Notes: generated from the letters alone by a model not told the origin. A stretch of 64,000 bases of DNA from Nitrosopumilus sp. (GCA_963662625.1 OY759726.1:1408001-1472000); one strand, 5' to 3'. Positions 10,018 to 20,919 are shown, counted from the first letter of the stretch. Made by a program: numbers and translations.

Positions 10018-10870
10018 TCCGACTGGCCAGCGACGCAGCGGTGACGGTGTTCTTCAGCAGCATTGCCACCGTCATCGGGCCGACCCCCCCAGGTACCGGC
10101 GTCGCAAACGACGCCTTTTGTATTATCTCGTCATAATCCGCATCCCCCACGAGCCTTCCCCCGAGGCGGGATATCGCCACGTCGATCACCACCGCCCCGT
10201 CCTTTATCATCTCCGGCGTGAGCGTGAACCTCGCCCTGTCACCGACCGCGGTGATCACGACGTCGGCCCCGGCGCACAACCCCTCCAGGTTCTCGGTCTT
10301 GGAATGGCACGTGGTCACGGTCGCGTCCTGCCGGAGGAGCAGGTGGTAGAGCGGCTTCCCGACCAGGCCGCTCCGGTTGATCAGGACGACGCTCTTCCCG
10401 CGCAGCCCGATCCCGTGGTAGTCGAACATCTCCATCACGCCCAGCGGCGTGCATGCCACCAGGGCGGCCTTCCCCATGGACAGCAGCCCGACGTTGTGCG
10501 GGGTCAGGCCGTCCACGTCCTTGACGGGGGATATCCTCGAGGCGGTCGCGAACTCGTCGAGCTGGCCGGGGAGCGGGATCTGCACCAGGATCCCGTGCAC
10601 CAGCGGGTCGCCGTTCAGCCCGTCTATCACCGAGTTCAGCTGGTCCTGCGTGGCCCACGCGTCAAGCCTGTGGTCCCTGGTAGTGATGCCGGCCTCCCCG
10701 CACGCCCTGTGCTTGTTCCTGACGTAGGTGGCAGACGCGGGATCGTCCCCCACGAGCACTGTCGCCAGGCAGGGGTCGACGCCCTGCGACTTTAGCTGCT
10801 CCACTGCCCCCCTTACCCTGAGCTTCACCGACTTGGCGATCTCGTTTCCGTCAATCCTGGTTCCTGCCAT
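10007..10870 (-). CDS. folD: bifunctional methylenetetrahydrofolate dehydrogenase/cyclohydrolase
   Basis: YVRNK, GILVQIPLP, KDVDGL, CTPLG, RS.LVGKP, TPVPGGVGPMT. Confidence 0.96.
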   Translation of the reverse strand: MAGTRIDGNEIAKSVKLRVRGAVEQLKSQGVDPCLATVLVGDDPASATYVRNKHRACGEAGITTRDHRLDAWATQDQLNSVIDGLNGDPLVHGILVQIPLPGQLDEFATASRISPVKDVDGLTPHNVGLLSMGKAALVACTPLGVMEMFDYHGIGLRGKSVVLINRSGLVGKPLYHLLLRQDATVTTCHSKTENLEGLCAGADVVITAVGDRARFTLTPEMIKDGAVVIDVAISRLGGRLVGDADYDEIIQKASFATPVPGGVGPMTVAMLLKNTVTAASLASRIGG

Positions 10871-11014
10871 GGGGTTTGTTCCAGCATGCCGATATTAAAC
10901 CCCTTGACATCGGGATTCCGCTCCCGCGCCTCGGGCAGGGCGCCGCGCCCGGGCCGCGCCCAGCCGGGCGGGCCCGCGGGAAAGAAAGTTATGTGGCCGC
11001 CTTCCAGGGAAGGC

Positions 11015-11299
11015 ATGCTAGTGGTGATCACGGACGTCAGGATCAGGCCGGAAGCGGTCGACGACTTCAAGAGGTGGTTCTCGGAGTCAAACGGCGTGCT
11101 GTCAAAGTTTGGCGGGTTCGTCTCGCGCAGGCTGCTCGAGTCGGGGGACGGCCGGCACAGGATCATGGTGGAGTTTGAGGACATGGAAAAGTTCACGGCG
11201 ATGCGCCAGAGCCCCGAGCACGAGCGGCTCCATTCCGAGGCGGTGCGGTTCATGGACGGGGCTCCGTCGCCCACGCTATACCGAGTGGTAGCGCAGTGA
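11015..11299 (+). CDS. antibiotic biosynthesis monooxygenase (ABM) domain protein
   Basis: MLVVITDVRIRPE...F...GFVSRRLL...F...RQSPEH dimeric alpha/beta barrel pattern; start at ATG 11015. Confidence 0.75.
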   Translation: MLVVITDVRIRPEAVDDFKRWFSESNGVLSKFGGFVSRRLLESGDGRHRIMVEFEDMEKFTAMRQSPEHERLHSEAVRFMDGAPSPTLYRVVAQ

Positions 11300-11300
11300 C

Positions 11301-11621
11301 ATGAGGCCGGACCACTCCGTCGACAGGTACGTCGACAGGCTGCGCAGGGGGGACTCGTGCTTCCACACTTTCATCGACAGGCCTGGCCTGGCGGCGGGCG
11401 TCCTCGTCCTGGCCCCGGGGGAGGATGACCCGCAGGGGCCGCATGACTCCGACGAGGTGTATTTCGTGGTGAGGGGGGACGGCTTCCTGGAGATCGACGG
11501 CAGGGACCACGGGGTGTCCGCGGGCATGGCGTTCTTCGTGGCAGCCGGCGCCCCGCACTCTTTCCACGGGAACTCCGAGGAGCTGGTCGCGGTGTACTTC
11601 TTCGGCGGGCGGGGAGCCTAG
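11301..11621 (+). CDS. cupin domain protein
   Basis: PHDSDEVYFVVRGDG and FFVAAGAPHSFH cupin motifs. Confidence 0.85.
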   Translation: MRPDHSVDRYVDRLRRGDSCFHTFIDRPGLAAGVLVLAPGEDDPQGPHDSDEVYFVVRGDGFLEIDGRDHGVSAGMAFFVAAGAPHSFHGNSEELVAVYFFGGRGA

Positions 11622-11761
11622 CGCCAGGGCCGCGGCCGGCGGTTTCCCGCGGCGGGGCCAGCTACCCGTGCTTTTTCCTCCTGTACATCATCGGCTTTTC
11701 ATCCGGCCCGTCGTCAAACTCGCGGATTATCCTTGGGAACATGGAGGTGTCCTCGGACAAC

Positions 11762-12190
11762 TCATATCCCCCCCGCCCTGTCGGGGCGGAACGCCGGGAC
11801 GCCCGCAAGCCCGCAGGCAGTCAGGAGCATCCTGTCAAACGTCAACAGCACGTAGCTCTTCATCCGGCAAAGTGCCAGGATGACGTTATCGCCCCCGTGG
11901 CACAACCGGTACCGCGAGGTGATGGATTCCGCGGCATCCCTGTGGCTGCCGTCGGTGGGGGACACCTCCACCCTCCTCCCGACGAGCCTCGCTATCCTGG
12001 GTACCACGTAGTCGGCGTCAAGCCCGCGGACCCTCCGCACCTCTTCGAGCACCACGTCGCAGAGGACGATGCAGGCATGCTTGCCGCGGAGCTGGGCCCG
12101 GAGCCTGCCTGCCAGGCCCTTCTTCTCAATCAGGTCGATTACCACGCACGAGTCGAGTGCTATCCGTACTTGCCGTTCCATGGTTGTCAT
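11762..12190 (-). CDS. PIN-domain ribonuclease
   Basis: ALDSCVVI...VLEEV...GDNVILALC...LLTFDRML: four acidic PIN catalytic positions. Confidence 0.85.
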   Translation of the reverse strand: MTTMERQVRIALDSCVVIDLIEKKGLAGRLRAQLRGKHACIVLCDVVLEEVRRVRGLDADYVVPRIARLVGRRVEVSPTDGSHRDAAESITSRYRLCHGGDNVILALCRMKSYVLLTFDRMLLTACGLAGVPAFRPDRAGGI

Positions 12191-12217
12191 GGGCGGCCAA
12201 AATTAATATATAACATC

Positions 12218-12245
12218 ATAATAGTATGCATACTGATTATACTAT
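12218..12245. promoter_or_regulatory. palindromic operator in AT-rich divergent promoter
   Basis: Perfect 12-bp palindrome AGTATGCATACT (12223-12234) flanked by ATAAT/ATTAT; TATA-like TTAATATATA at about 12203-12212. Confidence 0.6.
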
Positions 12246-12246
12246 C

Positions 12247-12987
12247 ATGAGTAAAATGCACCTGCGCATACACGTGGCCCCCGTAGGGTTTGAGATAGAC
12301 CGCATCGTGCTGTCGGCAAAGAAGAGGAGGGCCGACAAGGTGTACCTACTGATGCACAAGAACCCCTCCGAGGACAAGGCGGGCCCCTTTTTGGACAAGA
12401 TCCGATCCCAGCTGAAGAGGGCGAAGATCGAGTCGGACACGGAGTTCCACGACCGCCTCGACCTGTTTGAGATAATCAAGTCGATAAAGCAGATAATAGA
12501 GAGGGAGGCTGGAAACAACGTCTACGTGAACCTCGCCTCGGGTTCCAAGATCCAGGCAATCGCCGGGATGATGGCGTGCATGATGTTCAACGAGCAAAAG
12601 AATGTATTCCCGTTCTACGTCGAGGCGGAGAAGTACCACAGTTCCGACAGGCAGCAGCTGTCGTCGGGCATCAAGGAGCTGATCGATCTCCCCTCGTACG
12701 AGATCCAGAAGCCGGAGCAGAAGCACGTCGAGGCCCTGAGGATAATAGGGGAGAACGGCGGCAGGATGACCAAAAAGCGCATGGCGGAGCTCGCCGACGA
12801 GGGCGGGCTGATCTCGGTGAACGCGGAACGGGAGAACTACTCCCAGGCCCGGTTCGCGAGCCTCGACAAGAACATAATACAGCCCCTGCTCACCCACTGG
12901 AAGTTCATCGAGGAGGAGAAGATCGGGAGGACCCGGTGGATCAAGATGACGCAGGAGGGCAGGAACGCCGCCAAATTCCTGATCTGA
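12247..12987 (+). CDS. DUF6293/HFX_2341-like protein: CARF-like Rossmann domain + C-terminal winged HTH
   Basis: IHVAPVGFEIDRI, ADKVYLL, VYVNLASGSK (CARF-like N-x-x-x-G-x-K), C-terminal NIIQPL...FIEEEKIGRTRWIKMTQEG wHTH. Confidence 0.75.
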   Translation: MSKMHLRIHVAPVGFEIDRIVLSAKKRRADKVYLLMHKNPSEDKAGPFLDKIRSQLKRAKIESDTEFHDRLDLFEIIKSIKQIIEREAGNNVYVNLASGSKIQAIAGMMACMMFNEQKNVFPFYVEAEKYHSSDRQQLSSGIKELIDLPSYEIQKPEQKHVEALRIIGENGGRMTKKRMAELADEGGLISVNAERENYSQARFASLDKNIIQPLLTHWKFIEEEKIGRTRWIKMTQEGRNAAKFLI

Positions 12988-13012
12988 TGCGCGTGCCGCA
13001 GCTCCGGCCTTT

Positions 13013-13414
13013 TCAGGAATAGTACGCCTTGAACCCCTTGTCGGTGGGGTATATCTCGACCTTTGGGCCCATGATGCCCTGCTTCTGGCGGACTGCCAGC
13101 ATCCCGTCCTTTTCCAGGTCGCCGAGTATGGCGTCAAGCTCGTCGCTTCCGAGCCCGGTGTTCTTTTGGACGTCCTCAAACGTCTTGAAACCGCGGTTCA
13201 GCGAGCCCAGTACGAGCATCCTCGGCGTGCGCCGGCCCGACTCCGGCGTGGGCTTTTCGTGCTGGTCCTGGGACTGCCGGGGCCTACCTTCCGGGGGACT
13301 ACCGGGGGCCCCGCCCCCGGCCCTCCTCTTGGCCATCGCGCGCTGTATGACGCGCACGAGCGGGATCATCATGAAAATCGCAAGATAAAGCCACACGTAG
13401 TTTGCGTCCATCAC
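13013..13414 (-). CDS. membrane-anchored winged-helix protein
   Basis: N-terminal TM (YVWLYLAIFMMIPLV); C-terminal wHTH-like ELDAILGDLEKDG...IYPTDKG. Confidence 0.7.
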   Translation of the reverse strand: MMDANYVWLYLAIFMMIPLVRVIQRAMAKRRAGGGAPGSPPEGRPRQSQDQHEKPTPESGRRTPRMLVLGSLNRGFKTFEDVQKNTGLGSDELDAILGDLEKDGMLAVRQKQGIMGPKVEIYPTDKGFKAYYS

Positions 13415-13759
13415 ATGCCATCCGCGAGTATAAAATAAATCTGTTCACACGGGCCGTGCGCCTGCCGCGTGCGGGGGCGGCATGCATCTTTTGGAACCCG
13501 CATCCCAGGCACCAACGATCTGGGCGCGCGTTACTGCGGCATAACGCGCAGGCCCGGGCATAGATCACTGGGGATCTTGGCGTGCGTGGCTGGCAGCACG
13601 GCGCGCATTTTATGTATATATAAATACTCGTTAGCCGGTTAACAGGGTGATATTCCCCATGCGGTACAAAAATGATGACTGGAAACGCGTTAATGGCCAG
13701 GCGCCCCCCGCTATGCACCGCGGCGGATCTCATCCGCATGCTGGGGAGGTGCGCGGGCC

Positions 13760-16700
13760 ATGTTGAAACCCGCCCCCGGCATTGCGATCGCGGTGATGGC
13801 GGCCGCAGTCATCGCGTCGTCCGCGGTTCTGGCAGTGGCCGGCGACAGCCTGGCATACGCCGACGGCGTCCTCCCGCTCGCGTCCACGGTGGAGATCGAC
13901 GGCACGGCCATAAGCGACCTCGCGGACACGAGCTTCGGCCTCTCGGCCGACGTCATCGGGGACCTTGACGGCAACGGGGTACCAGACATCGCGGTGGGCG
14001 CGCCTAGCGTCCACGGCAGCGCCGGTACCGGCAACCTGTACGTCCTCCTGATGGATCCCGGACCCGTGGTCATCAGCACCATCCAGATCAACGGCGACAC
14101 GCCAAACGTGCCCGCCATGAGGGAGGGAGCCCGCTTTGGAAGCTCGGTGGCGGCGCTGGGAGACCTCGACGGCGACGGCAGCCCGGACGTCGCGGTCGGC
14201 GCGCCCGACCAGCTCATGGGCAGCGTGGGCACCGGCGACCTCTACGTGATCTTCCTCAACCCCGACGCGACAGTGAAACGCACGGTCCTGATCAACGGCT
14301 CCGTCGCCAACGGCCCCTCGCTGGAGGTGGGCGACAACTTTGGCGCGTCGGCGGCCAACATAGGCGACCTCGACGGCGACGGTAACGCCGACGTCGCAGT
14401 AGGCGCCCCCAACAGCTACTACTTCAGCCTGGTGACGGGCGACCTCCACGTACTCTTCCTCAATTCCGACGGCACCGTGAAGCGCACCGCCGAGATAAAC
14501 GGCTCCACGCCCAACGGCCCCGCGATTGAGCCAAGCGACAACTTCGGGGCCTCGGTGGCCGCCACCGGCGACCTGGACTCCGACGGCGTCCCCGACTTTG
14601 CGGTAGGGGCGCCGCGCAACCTGGGCAACACGACCAGCACGGGCAGCCTGTTCCTCATGTTCATGAACCCCGACGGGACGGTAAAGCGCACCGCGGAGGT
14701 CGTCGGCCAGAGGTCAGACGGCTCCCCGCTGGCAAACGGGGACCACTTCGGGGTCTCTGCCACAGGCATGGGCGACATCGACGCCGACGGCACGGCGGAC
14801 ATCGCGGTCGGCGCCACCGGCACCTCTGTCGGCGGCGTCCCCACGGGAACCCTCTACATGGTGCTCCTTAACCCCGACGGCACCGTAAAGCGGGCCGTCG
14901 AGATAAACAGCCAGACGCTCAACGGTCCTTCATCCCTCATACCGTTCGGCTACTTTGGGATATCGGTGACCAACCTGGGCGACCTCAACGGCGACGGCAC
15001 GGCGGACATCGCGGCCGGCACGTTCTCCGACGAGCCGTTCTACCTGATGTACATGGGCCCCGGCGGCACCGTGCTGAGGACGGTCGAGCTGACCAGCACG
15101 TCCATCGGGATACCTTCGGTAGTCCCGGTGAACCACTTTGGGGCCGCCGTCGCCAACCTGGGCGACCTCGACTCTGACGGCGTGGCCGACATGGCCGTCG
15201 GCGCCCCCGGCTCGTTTGCGGGAGGGATAAGCACCGGGGACCTATTCATCCTGTTCATGAACCCAGACGGCACCACAAAGCGCACGGTCCAGATCAACGG
15301 CGAGACGCCAAACGGCCCCCTGCTCGTGGCAAGCGGCAGGTTCGGCACGTCCGTAGAGGCCATGGGCGACATGGACGGCGACGGCGTCACCGAAGTGGCG
15401 GTGGGCTCCCCGCTCAGCTTCGTCGACGGCGTCAACACGGGCACCCTGCACGTGCTCTTCCTGAACCCGGACGGCGCCGTGAAGCGTACCGCCGAGATCA
15501 ACGGCTCCTCCCCCAACGGCCCCCAGCTGACGTGGAACGACCTGTTCGGCTCGTCGGTGGCGAACCTCGGCGACCTTGACGGCGACGGCGTCACCGACAT
15601 GGCCGTCGGCGCCTCCGATCACCACCACTTTGCCACGAGCCCGGGCGACCTGTACATCATGCTCATGAACTCCGACGGCACCGTCAAGAGGACGATGGCG
15701 ATCAACGGCGACACCCCCAACGGCCCGTCGGTCGCCCCGGGAGACCTCTTCGGGATCTCGGCCGAGAACATCGGCGACCTTGACGGCGACGGCGTCATAG
15801 ACCTGGCGGTGGGGGCGACGGGCCACCTTAGCAGCCCCGCCAGCGTCGGGGCAGTGCACATACTGTTCATGAACCCCGACGGCACCGTCAAGCGCACCGC
15901 CGCGATCGACTCCGCGACCCCCAACGGCCCGTCACTCGTACTGGGGGACAAGTTCGGCACGTCCGTGGCGGGCCTGGGAGACCTCGACGGCGACGGCGTC
16001 ACCGAGATCGCGGTAGGGGCGACCGGCAGATTCCTGGGAGGAATCAGCACGGGAGACGTCTACGTGCTATTCATGAATCCCGACGGCACCGTCAAGCGCA
16101 CCGCCGAGATCAACTCCGCGACCCCCAACGGGCCGTCCCTCGTGGAGAGGGGCTACTACGGGTTCTCGGCGGCAAGCATGGGAGACCTCGACGGCGACGG
16201 CACGATAGAGCTGGCAGTGGGCGCGTCGGGCTCCTCCAAGGTGTTCATCTCGTCTGCGTTCACGACCGCCCCGTCCCCAGAAGACCGCTTTGTCACCACT
16301 TGGGAGACCCGGGCCCCAGGCGAGTCCGTCACCGTCCCGGTGGGCGGTGCCGCCGGCAGCTACACGGTAGACTGGGGAGACGGAACGTTCACCACGCACC
16401 GGGGAGACGCAGTGCACGCATACGACTCGCCCGGGACGTACACCGTGCAGGTGTACGGTGACTTTACCAGGATCTACCTGGGAGGCGACCCCGTCAACGC
16501 CGCCAAGCTGCGTTCCATAGAGCAGTGGGGCAGCACCTCGTGGGGCACGATGGAGAGGGCGTTCCAGGGCGCGACCGGCATGGTGTATAACGCCACAGAC
16601 GCCCCGGATCTCTCCCGGGTCACCGACACGTCATTCATGTTCTTCATGGCGTCTGCCTTCAGCGGCGACGTCTCCTCCTGGGACGTCTCCGGCGTCACCG

Positions 16701-18274
16701 ACATGTCGGGCATGTTCGCCTTTGCGTCCTCGTTCAACCAGACCCTGGACTCCTGGGACGTCTCGTCCGTGACCAACATGTCCTCCATGTTCTCAAACAC
16801 GTCCTTCAACCAGCCGCTCAACTCCTGGGACGTCTCGTCCGTGACCAACATGTCCTCCATGTTCACGCGCAACCCCTCGTTCAACCAGCCCTTGGACTCC
16901 TGGGACGTCTCGTCCGTCACGGACGCCTCGTCCATGTTCTCCATAGCCCGATCGTTCAACCAGCCCTTGGACTCCTGGGACGTCTCGTCCCTGACCAACG
17001 CGTCCTTCATGTTCGCCGTCGCCACGTCCTTCAACCAGCCGCTCAACTCCTGGGACGTCTCGAGCGTCACCGACATGTCCGACATGTTCGCAGGCGCCGC
17101 CTTCTTCAACGGCGACGTCTCGGCCTGGGACGTCTCGAGCGTCACCGACATGTCCTTCATGTTTTCTGGCACGGCCATCAACCAGCCCATCGGCTCCTGG
17201 GACGTCTCCTCCGTCACCGACATGTCCTTCATGTTCATCTTTGCCGACTACTTCAACCAGCCGCTCAACTCCTGGGACGTCTCCTCCGTCACCGACATGT
17301 CCGACATGTTCCACTTTGCCTCCTCCTTCGACCAGGACCTGGGGGACTGGTACGTGGTGCCGGCCGACACCATGGTGAACAGCGGCAGTACCATGGTCAC
17401 CACCATAACGGCGCAGAACCCGTTCCTTGACGGCCAGAACCCCGCGTACAGCGTCGCTCCGGGCGGGGACGGGGACCTGTTCGAGGTGTGCGGCAACGTC
17501 CTGATGTCGGCGTCCCCCGAGTACTCCAAGCACTCATACGACATCACCATAGTGTCAGACGGCGGCTTCGCGCCACCCAACTCCGCGGGCGTGACGGTTA
17601 CCGTGGGCGGCGTAGCCGCCAGCAACGCGGGCATGGTGACGGGAACCGTGTTCACGGACTCCAACGGCAACGGCGTGCGCGACGCCGGCGAGCCAGGCGT
17701 CAGGGGCTACACGATGTACGCCATAGACCTGACGAACCCGCAGGTGGTCATGGAAGCGGTCACGTGCTCGGACGGCACGTACTTGTTTGACGGCCTCACG
17801 CCGTCCGAGACCACGCTGGTGCAGACCACGTACTTCCCGTTTGACACCACCATCACCACGGGGCCGTTCTACGCGTACGTGCAGCCTGCAGTCGGCACGC
17901 CGGCTACGTTCGACGTCGGGTTCAGGCCCGTGGCGCCGTCGGAGGCCGTGACGCTCGACGTCACCGCGTACGCCGACTCCAACTCCAACGGCGCGCTTGA
18001 CGAGGGCGAGCCGGCGATACCTGGCGTGACGGTGACCGTGTACACGTACGCCACCAACGAGCTGGACTCCGTGACCACCGGCCGGGACGGCACGGCAAGC
18101 AAGGCCGACATCGCCCCGGCCGACTTCCTGGCGCAGGTGGTGATCCCGCAGGGCTACGCCGCGGCGACGTCGCCGGCAGACCCGTCATCGGGCATCGCGG
18201 GCGCGCTCACCGTGTCCAACCCGGCGCCTGGCTCCAGCGTCTCAATGACGGTGGGCCTGGCCCCGGCTTCGTGA
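13760..18274 (+). CDS. giant secreted surface protein: 12 FG-GAP repeats, PKD-like, DUF285/BspA repeats, cadherin-like, SdrD-B-like domains
   Basis: Signal peptide ending AYA-D; 12 x [18 protein letters not shown]; VDWGDG...H.Y..PGTYTV; about 10 x [12 protein letters not shown]....FNQPL; two D.N.NG..D.GEP motifs. Confidence 0.9.
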   Translation: MLKPAPGIAIAVMAAAVIASSAVLAVAGDSLAYADGVLPLASTVEIDGTAISDLADTSFGLSADVIGDLDGNGVPDIAVGAPSVHGSAGTGNLYVLLMDPGPVVISTIQINGDTPNVPAMREGARFGSSVAALGDLDGDGSPDVAVGAPDQLMGSVGTGDLYVIFLNPDATVKRTVLINGSVANGPSLEVGDNFGASAANIGDLDGDGNADVAVGAPNSYYFSLVTGDLHVLFLNSDGTVKRTAEINGSTPNGPAIEPSDNFGASVAATGDLDSDGVPDFAVGAPRNLGNTTSTGSLFLMFMNPDGTVKRTAEVVGQRSDGSPLANGDHFGVSATGMGDIDADGTADIAVGATGTSVGGVPTGTLYMVLLNPDGTVKRAVEINSQTLNGPSSLIPFGYFGISVTNLGDLNGDGTADIAAGTFSDEPFYLMYMGPGGTVLRTVELTSTSIGIPSVVPVNHFGAAVANLGDLDSDGVADMAVGAPGSFAGGISTGDLFILFMNPDGTTKRTVQINGETPNGPLLVASGRFGTSVEAMGDMDGDGVTEVAVGSPLSFVDGVNTGTLHVLFLNPDGAVKRTAEINGSSPNGPQLTWNDLFGSSVANLGDLDGDGVTDMAVGASDHHHFATSPGDLYIMLMNSDGTVKRTMAINGDTPNGPSVAPGDLFGISAENIGDLDGDGVIDLAVGATGHLSSPASVGAVHILFMNPDGTVKRTAAIDSATPNGPSLVLGDKFGTSVAGLGDLDGDGVTEIAVGATGRFLGGISTGDVYVLFMNPDGTVKRTAEINSATPNGPSLVERGYYGFSAASMGDLDGDGTIELAVGASGSSKVFISSAFTTAPSPEDRFVTTWETRAPGESVTVPVGGAAGSYTVDWGDGTFTTHRGDAVHAYDSPGTYTVQVYGDFTRIYLGGDPVNAAKLRSIEQWGSTSWGTMERAFQGATGMVYNATDAPDLSRVTDTSFMFFMASAFSGDVSSWDVSGVTDMSGMFAFASSFNQTLDSWDVSSVTNMSSMFSNTSFNQPLNSWDVSSVTNMSSMFTRNPSFNQPLDSWDVSSVTDASSMFSIARSFNQPLDSWDVSSLTNASFMFAVATSFNQPLNSWDVSSVTDMSDMFAGAAFFNGDVSAWDVSSVTDMSFMFSGTAINQPIGSWDVSSVTDMSFMFIFADYFNQPLNSWDVSSVTDMSDMFHFASSFDQDLGDWYVVPADTMVNSGSTMVTTITAQNPFLDGQNPAYSVAPGGDGDLFEVCGNVLMSASPEYSKHSYDITIVSDGGFAPPNSAGVTVTVGGVAASNAGMVTGTVFTDSNGNGVRDAGEPGVRGYTMYAIDLTNPQVVMEAVTCSDGTYLFDGLTPSETTLVQTTYFPFDTTITTGPFYAYVQPAVGTPATFDVGFRPVAPSEAVTLDVTAYADSNSNGALDEGEPAIPGVTVTVYTYATNELDSVTTGRDGTASKADIAPADFLAQVVIPQGYAAATSPADPSSGIAGALTVSNPAPGSSVSMTVGLAPAS
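16679..17350 (+). repeat. intragenic 72-75 bp DUF285 tandem repeats (about 9-10 units)
   Basis: Recurrent tgggacgtctc...accgacatgtc...atgttc...ttcaaccagcc. Confidence 0.9.
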
Positions 18275-18354
18275 GCGCGGGGCAGTATCCACCATATGGC
18301 CCGCGCGGGCTGATCGCCGACGATCGGCCCGGAGCGCGGCCCCAGTAACCATAT

Positions 18355-19532
18355 GTGTCCCGAAAGAAGCCGGTTTCAGACGGTACCTGCCATAAGCGCG
18401 CCAGGAAGCAAACAAACAGACTGCCTGCCCCGGCAAGGAAGCGCATGAAGGCTTCCGGGGCGGGGAACCAGTGCACGGACGGCTGGGAGTACTTCGTGGG
18501 GACTGGCCTGCACAAGGAATTCATGCAGGTGGCGGTGATGGGTCGGGATGGGGAAGTGGTCTGGAACAGGCGGACAGGGCCCGGGCCGGAGACCGTCAGG
18601 AGGGAGTTCTCCGCGATGCCGGAGAACGCGAGGCACGTCCTGGAATCCTCGTCGGTGTGGTACGGGGCGTGCAGGCTGCTCAGGGACGAGATGGGGCTGG
18701 ACGTGGTGCTCTCCAACCCCCTGGCGACGCGGCCCGTCGCCCAGTCCAAGAAGACCGACAAGGCGGGCGCGGCGGTCCTGGCGGACCTGCTCCGGGGCGG
18801 GTACGTCGCGACGTGCCACGTCCCGGACGGGGAGACCGCGCGGGAGAGGCAGCTGGTGAGGTACCGGGCAAGGATGGTGCGGGAGAGGACGCGCTTCAGG
18901 AACCTGGCGCGCGGGATACTCCTGCAAAGGTGGGCCAGGATCCCCGGGACGCCGTTCTCGCGGGCGTGCGCGCGGGAGCTGCGCGGGCTGGGGGACCGGG
19001 GGACAGGCAAGCGCCCCAGGACCACCGGGTTCCCGGGCGGGGACATCGCCGACTGCGACGCCAGGATCAGGGATGCGGCGGGCGGGAACGGGAACGCCCG
19101 GCTCCCCACCACGATTCCCGGCGTGGGCAACGTCACCGCGCCGGGGCTGGCGCCGGGGACCGGGGACGTATCCAGGTTCGGCGACACGGGCCGCATGGCG
19201 TCTTACTTCGGGCTGGTCCCGTCGGTGAGGAACTCCGCCGGCACCGTGCACCACGGCCGCATGACCAAGGCGGGGGCGCCGCTGGTGCGGCACCTGCCGG
19301 CGGAGGCGGTGATAGCGCGCGTGACCGTGGCGGCCAGGAAGGGGCCGCCCACCCCGATCAGCGCGTTCTGCCACAGGATTGCAGGGAAGCGGGGGGATCC
19401 AAGGCAAGGGTGGCGGCCGCCGCCAAGATGCCGGGGATCGCGTTCTGGATGCTGAAGAAGGGGATTGACTTTGAGACGTGCCTGGTGGAGGGCAGGAAGG
19501 GCACGGCGCGCGGTGAGAGGCGCGGGGCATGA
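18355..19532 (+). pseudogene. IS110-family transposase, inactivated (catalytic Asp->Gly, frameshift near 19395)
   Basis: VGTGLHK (for VGIDLHK), VLESS, NP...KTDKAGA (for KTDKxDA), TIPGVG, SRF...SYFGLVPS..NSAG..HHGRMTK.G; C-terminal KARVAAAAKM in another frame after a G-run. Confidence 0.9.
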
Positions 19533-19593
19533 ACGCGGGCTGCATCATGGTTAGGGACTTGTGCGTTCGAACTATGGGATTCGATGCCCGACC

Positions 19594-20919
19594 CAGTAGT
19601 TGAAAATGTACCCCCGCGGGGCGCCGGCCGGCGTGTCTTGGCCCGATCCGTGAACGTTTTGGACAGAAAAACCAACGGGTCAGGCGCACCTGCCATCCAT
19701 CGTGTACCACCAAAACGAACCACGGGGGCACCGGCTTGAGGTGGCGGGCAAGGCGTTTAAAACGTTGCCACGGCTGCTTGGGAAGGCGGGCATCAGGTTC
19801 TCGGGCCGGCACGACGCCGCGTGCGGCACGGCCGGCCCCGTGCGCGTGCCGGTACCGGCGTGCGGGAACCGCTCGTGCGCGTCGGGCGCCGCCGGGGCGC
19901 TCGCCGTGCGCCACGGGCCCCGCCGCGTGCCGTCGTCGGCGTGGTTCCTGTCCAGGACAGGGGGGGCGTGCCGGGACCCCGGCACCATGGAGGGCAGGTG
20001 CAGGGACGCCCTGCGCTCCACGGTGCGCGGGGCCCGTCGCGCCGGGATCATCGTGGGGGGGGGGGCGTCCCACGCCGTGGCCCCGGCCTGCCGCCCGATG
20101 CCCAGGCACGGCAGGAACCCCGCCACCGGGGGGGAGCAGCTGGTGCGCGCGAGGCACGGGAACGGGACGCCGCGCTCCGAGGGGCACGCCGCCGCCAAGG
20201 TGGCGGGCGGGCCGGGGCCGGACCCGGCGCGCGGGCCCAAGAAGGGGAGCAGGGGGGCCGGAATCGTGCGCGGGCTGCCGCGTGACTGCGCTGGCGCGGG
20301 CGTCCGCCCGGGGCCGGTCCTGCCGGGCCGGGGCTTCTTCCCGGCAGGGGCCGTCGGGGAGCTGTCCGGGCCGGGCCACGGGCTCACCATGCCCGCGTCG
20401 CGGACGGCCGGCGCGAAGGGGGCCGTGGGGGAGCACGCGCGCGGGGAGAGGGCCGCGGCGTCCCCGCACGCCCGGCGCCCCGGGACGGGAGGGCCAGGGA
20501 GCCGTCCGCCCTGGCGATGGTCCCGAAGGAGGGCGGGGACGGGCGGGGCCCGGGGGACGCGCAGGAGGGGCACCTGGCGTACGCCACCAACGCCGGCGCC
20601 GGCAGGGCGGTCCGAGCCGCCGACGTCCCCGACGGGCACGGGAAGGGGCGGGGCACGGGGACGCTGAGAAGGCCGGGTCCAGGACCACCGGCACGAACCC
20701 CTCAGTCAGGACGTTCATGTTCTTCATGGCGCTGGTCATGCACGACCCGTGGATGATCTCGGCGGAATGGTCCGCCGGGCGGTGCGGGAGGCGCGGCACC
20801 GCCCCGGTCCGGCTGGCGATCATGCTGGAGTACGTGGCGAGGCTGGCCGCGTGCGCGGCGTATGGCGGCCGGGCCTGGCCCAACCAGGCGTCTGCCGGCT
20901 AGTACATTTTCAAGTACTG
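19594..20919 (+). mobile_element. ISH3-family (IS4 superfamily) insertion sequence, decayed
   Basis: TIRs CAGTAGTTGAAAATGTAC (19594-19611) / GTACATTTTCAAGTACTG (20902-20919), 17/18 match; remnants VLPGRGFF, AYATN, HGKGRGTGT, RTTGTNPSVR; possible 4-bp TSD GACC/GGCC. Confidence 0.82.

Noticed and set aside
16400-16408. RGD tripeptide in the PKD-like domain of adhesin 1
   Set aside because: The paralogue has SGD; a single tripeptide in 1500 aa is expected by chance.
18376-20883. 835-aa minus-strand ORF and other long Arg/Gly/Pro-rich ORFs
   Set aside because: Shadow frames produced by extreme GC content and stop-codon scarcity over the decayed IS elements; no motifs.
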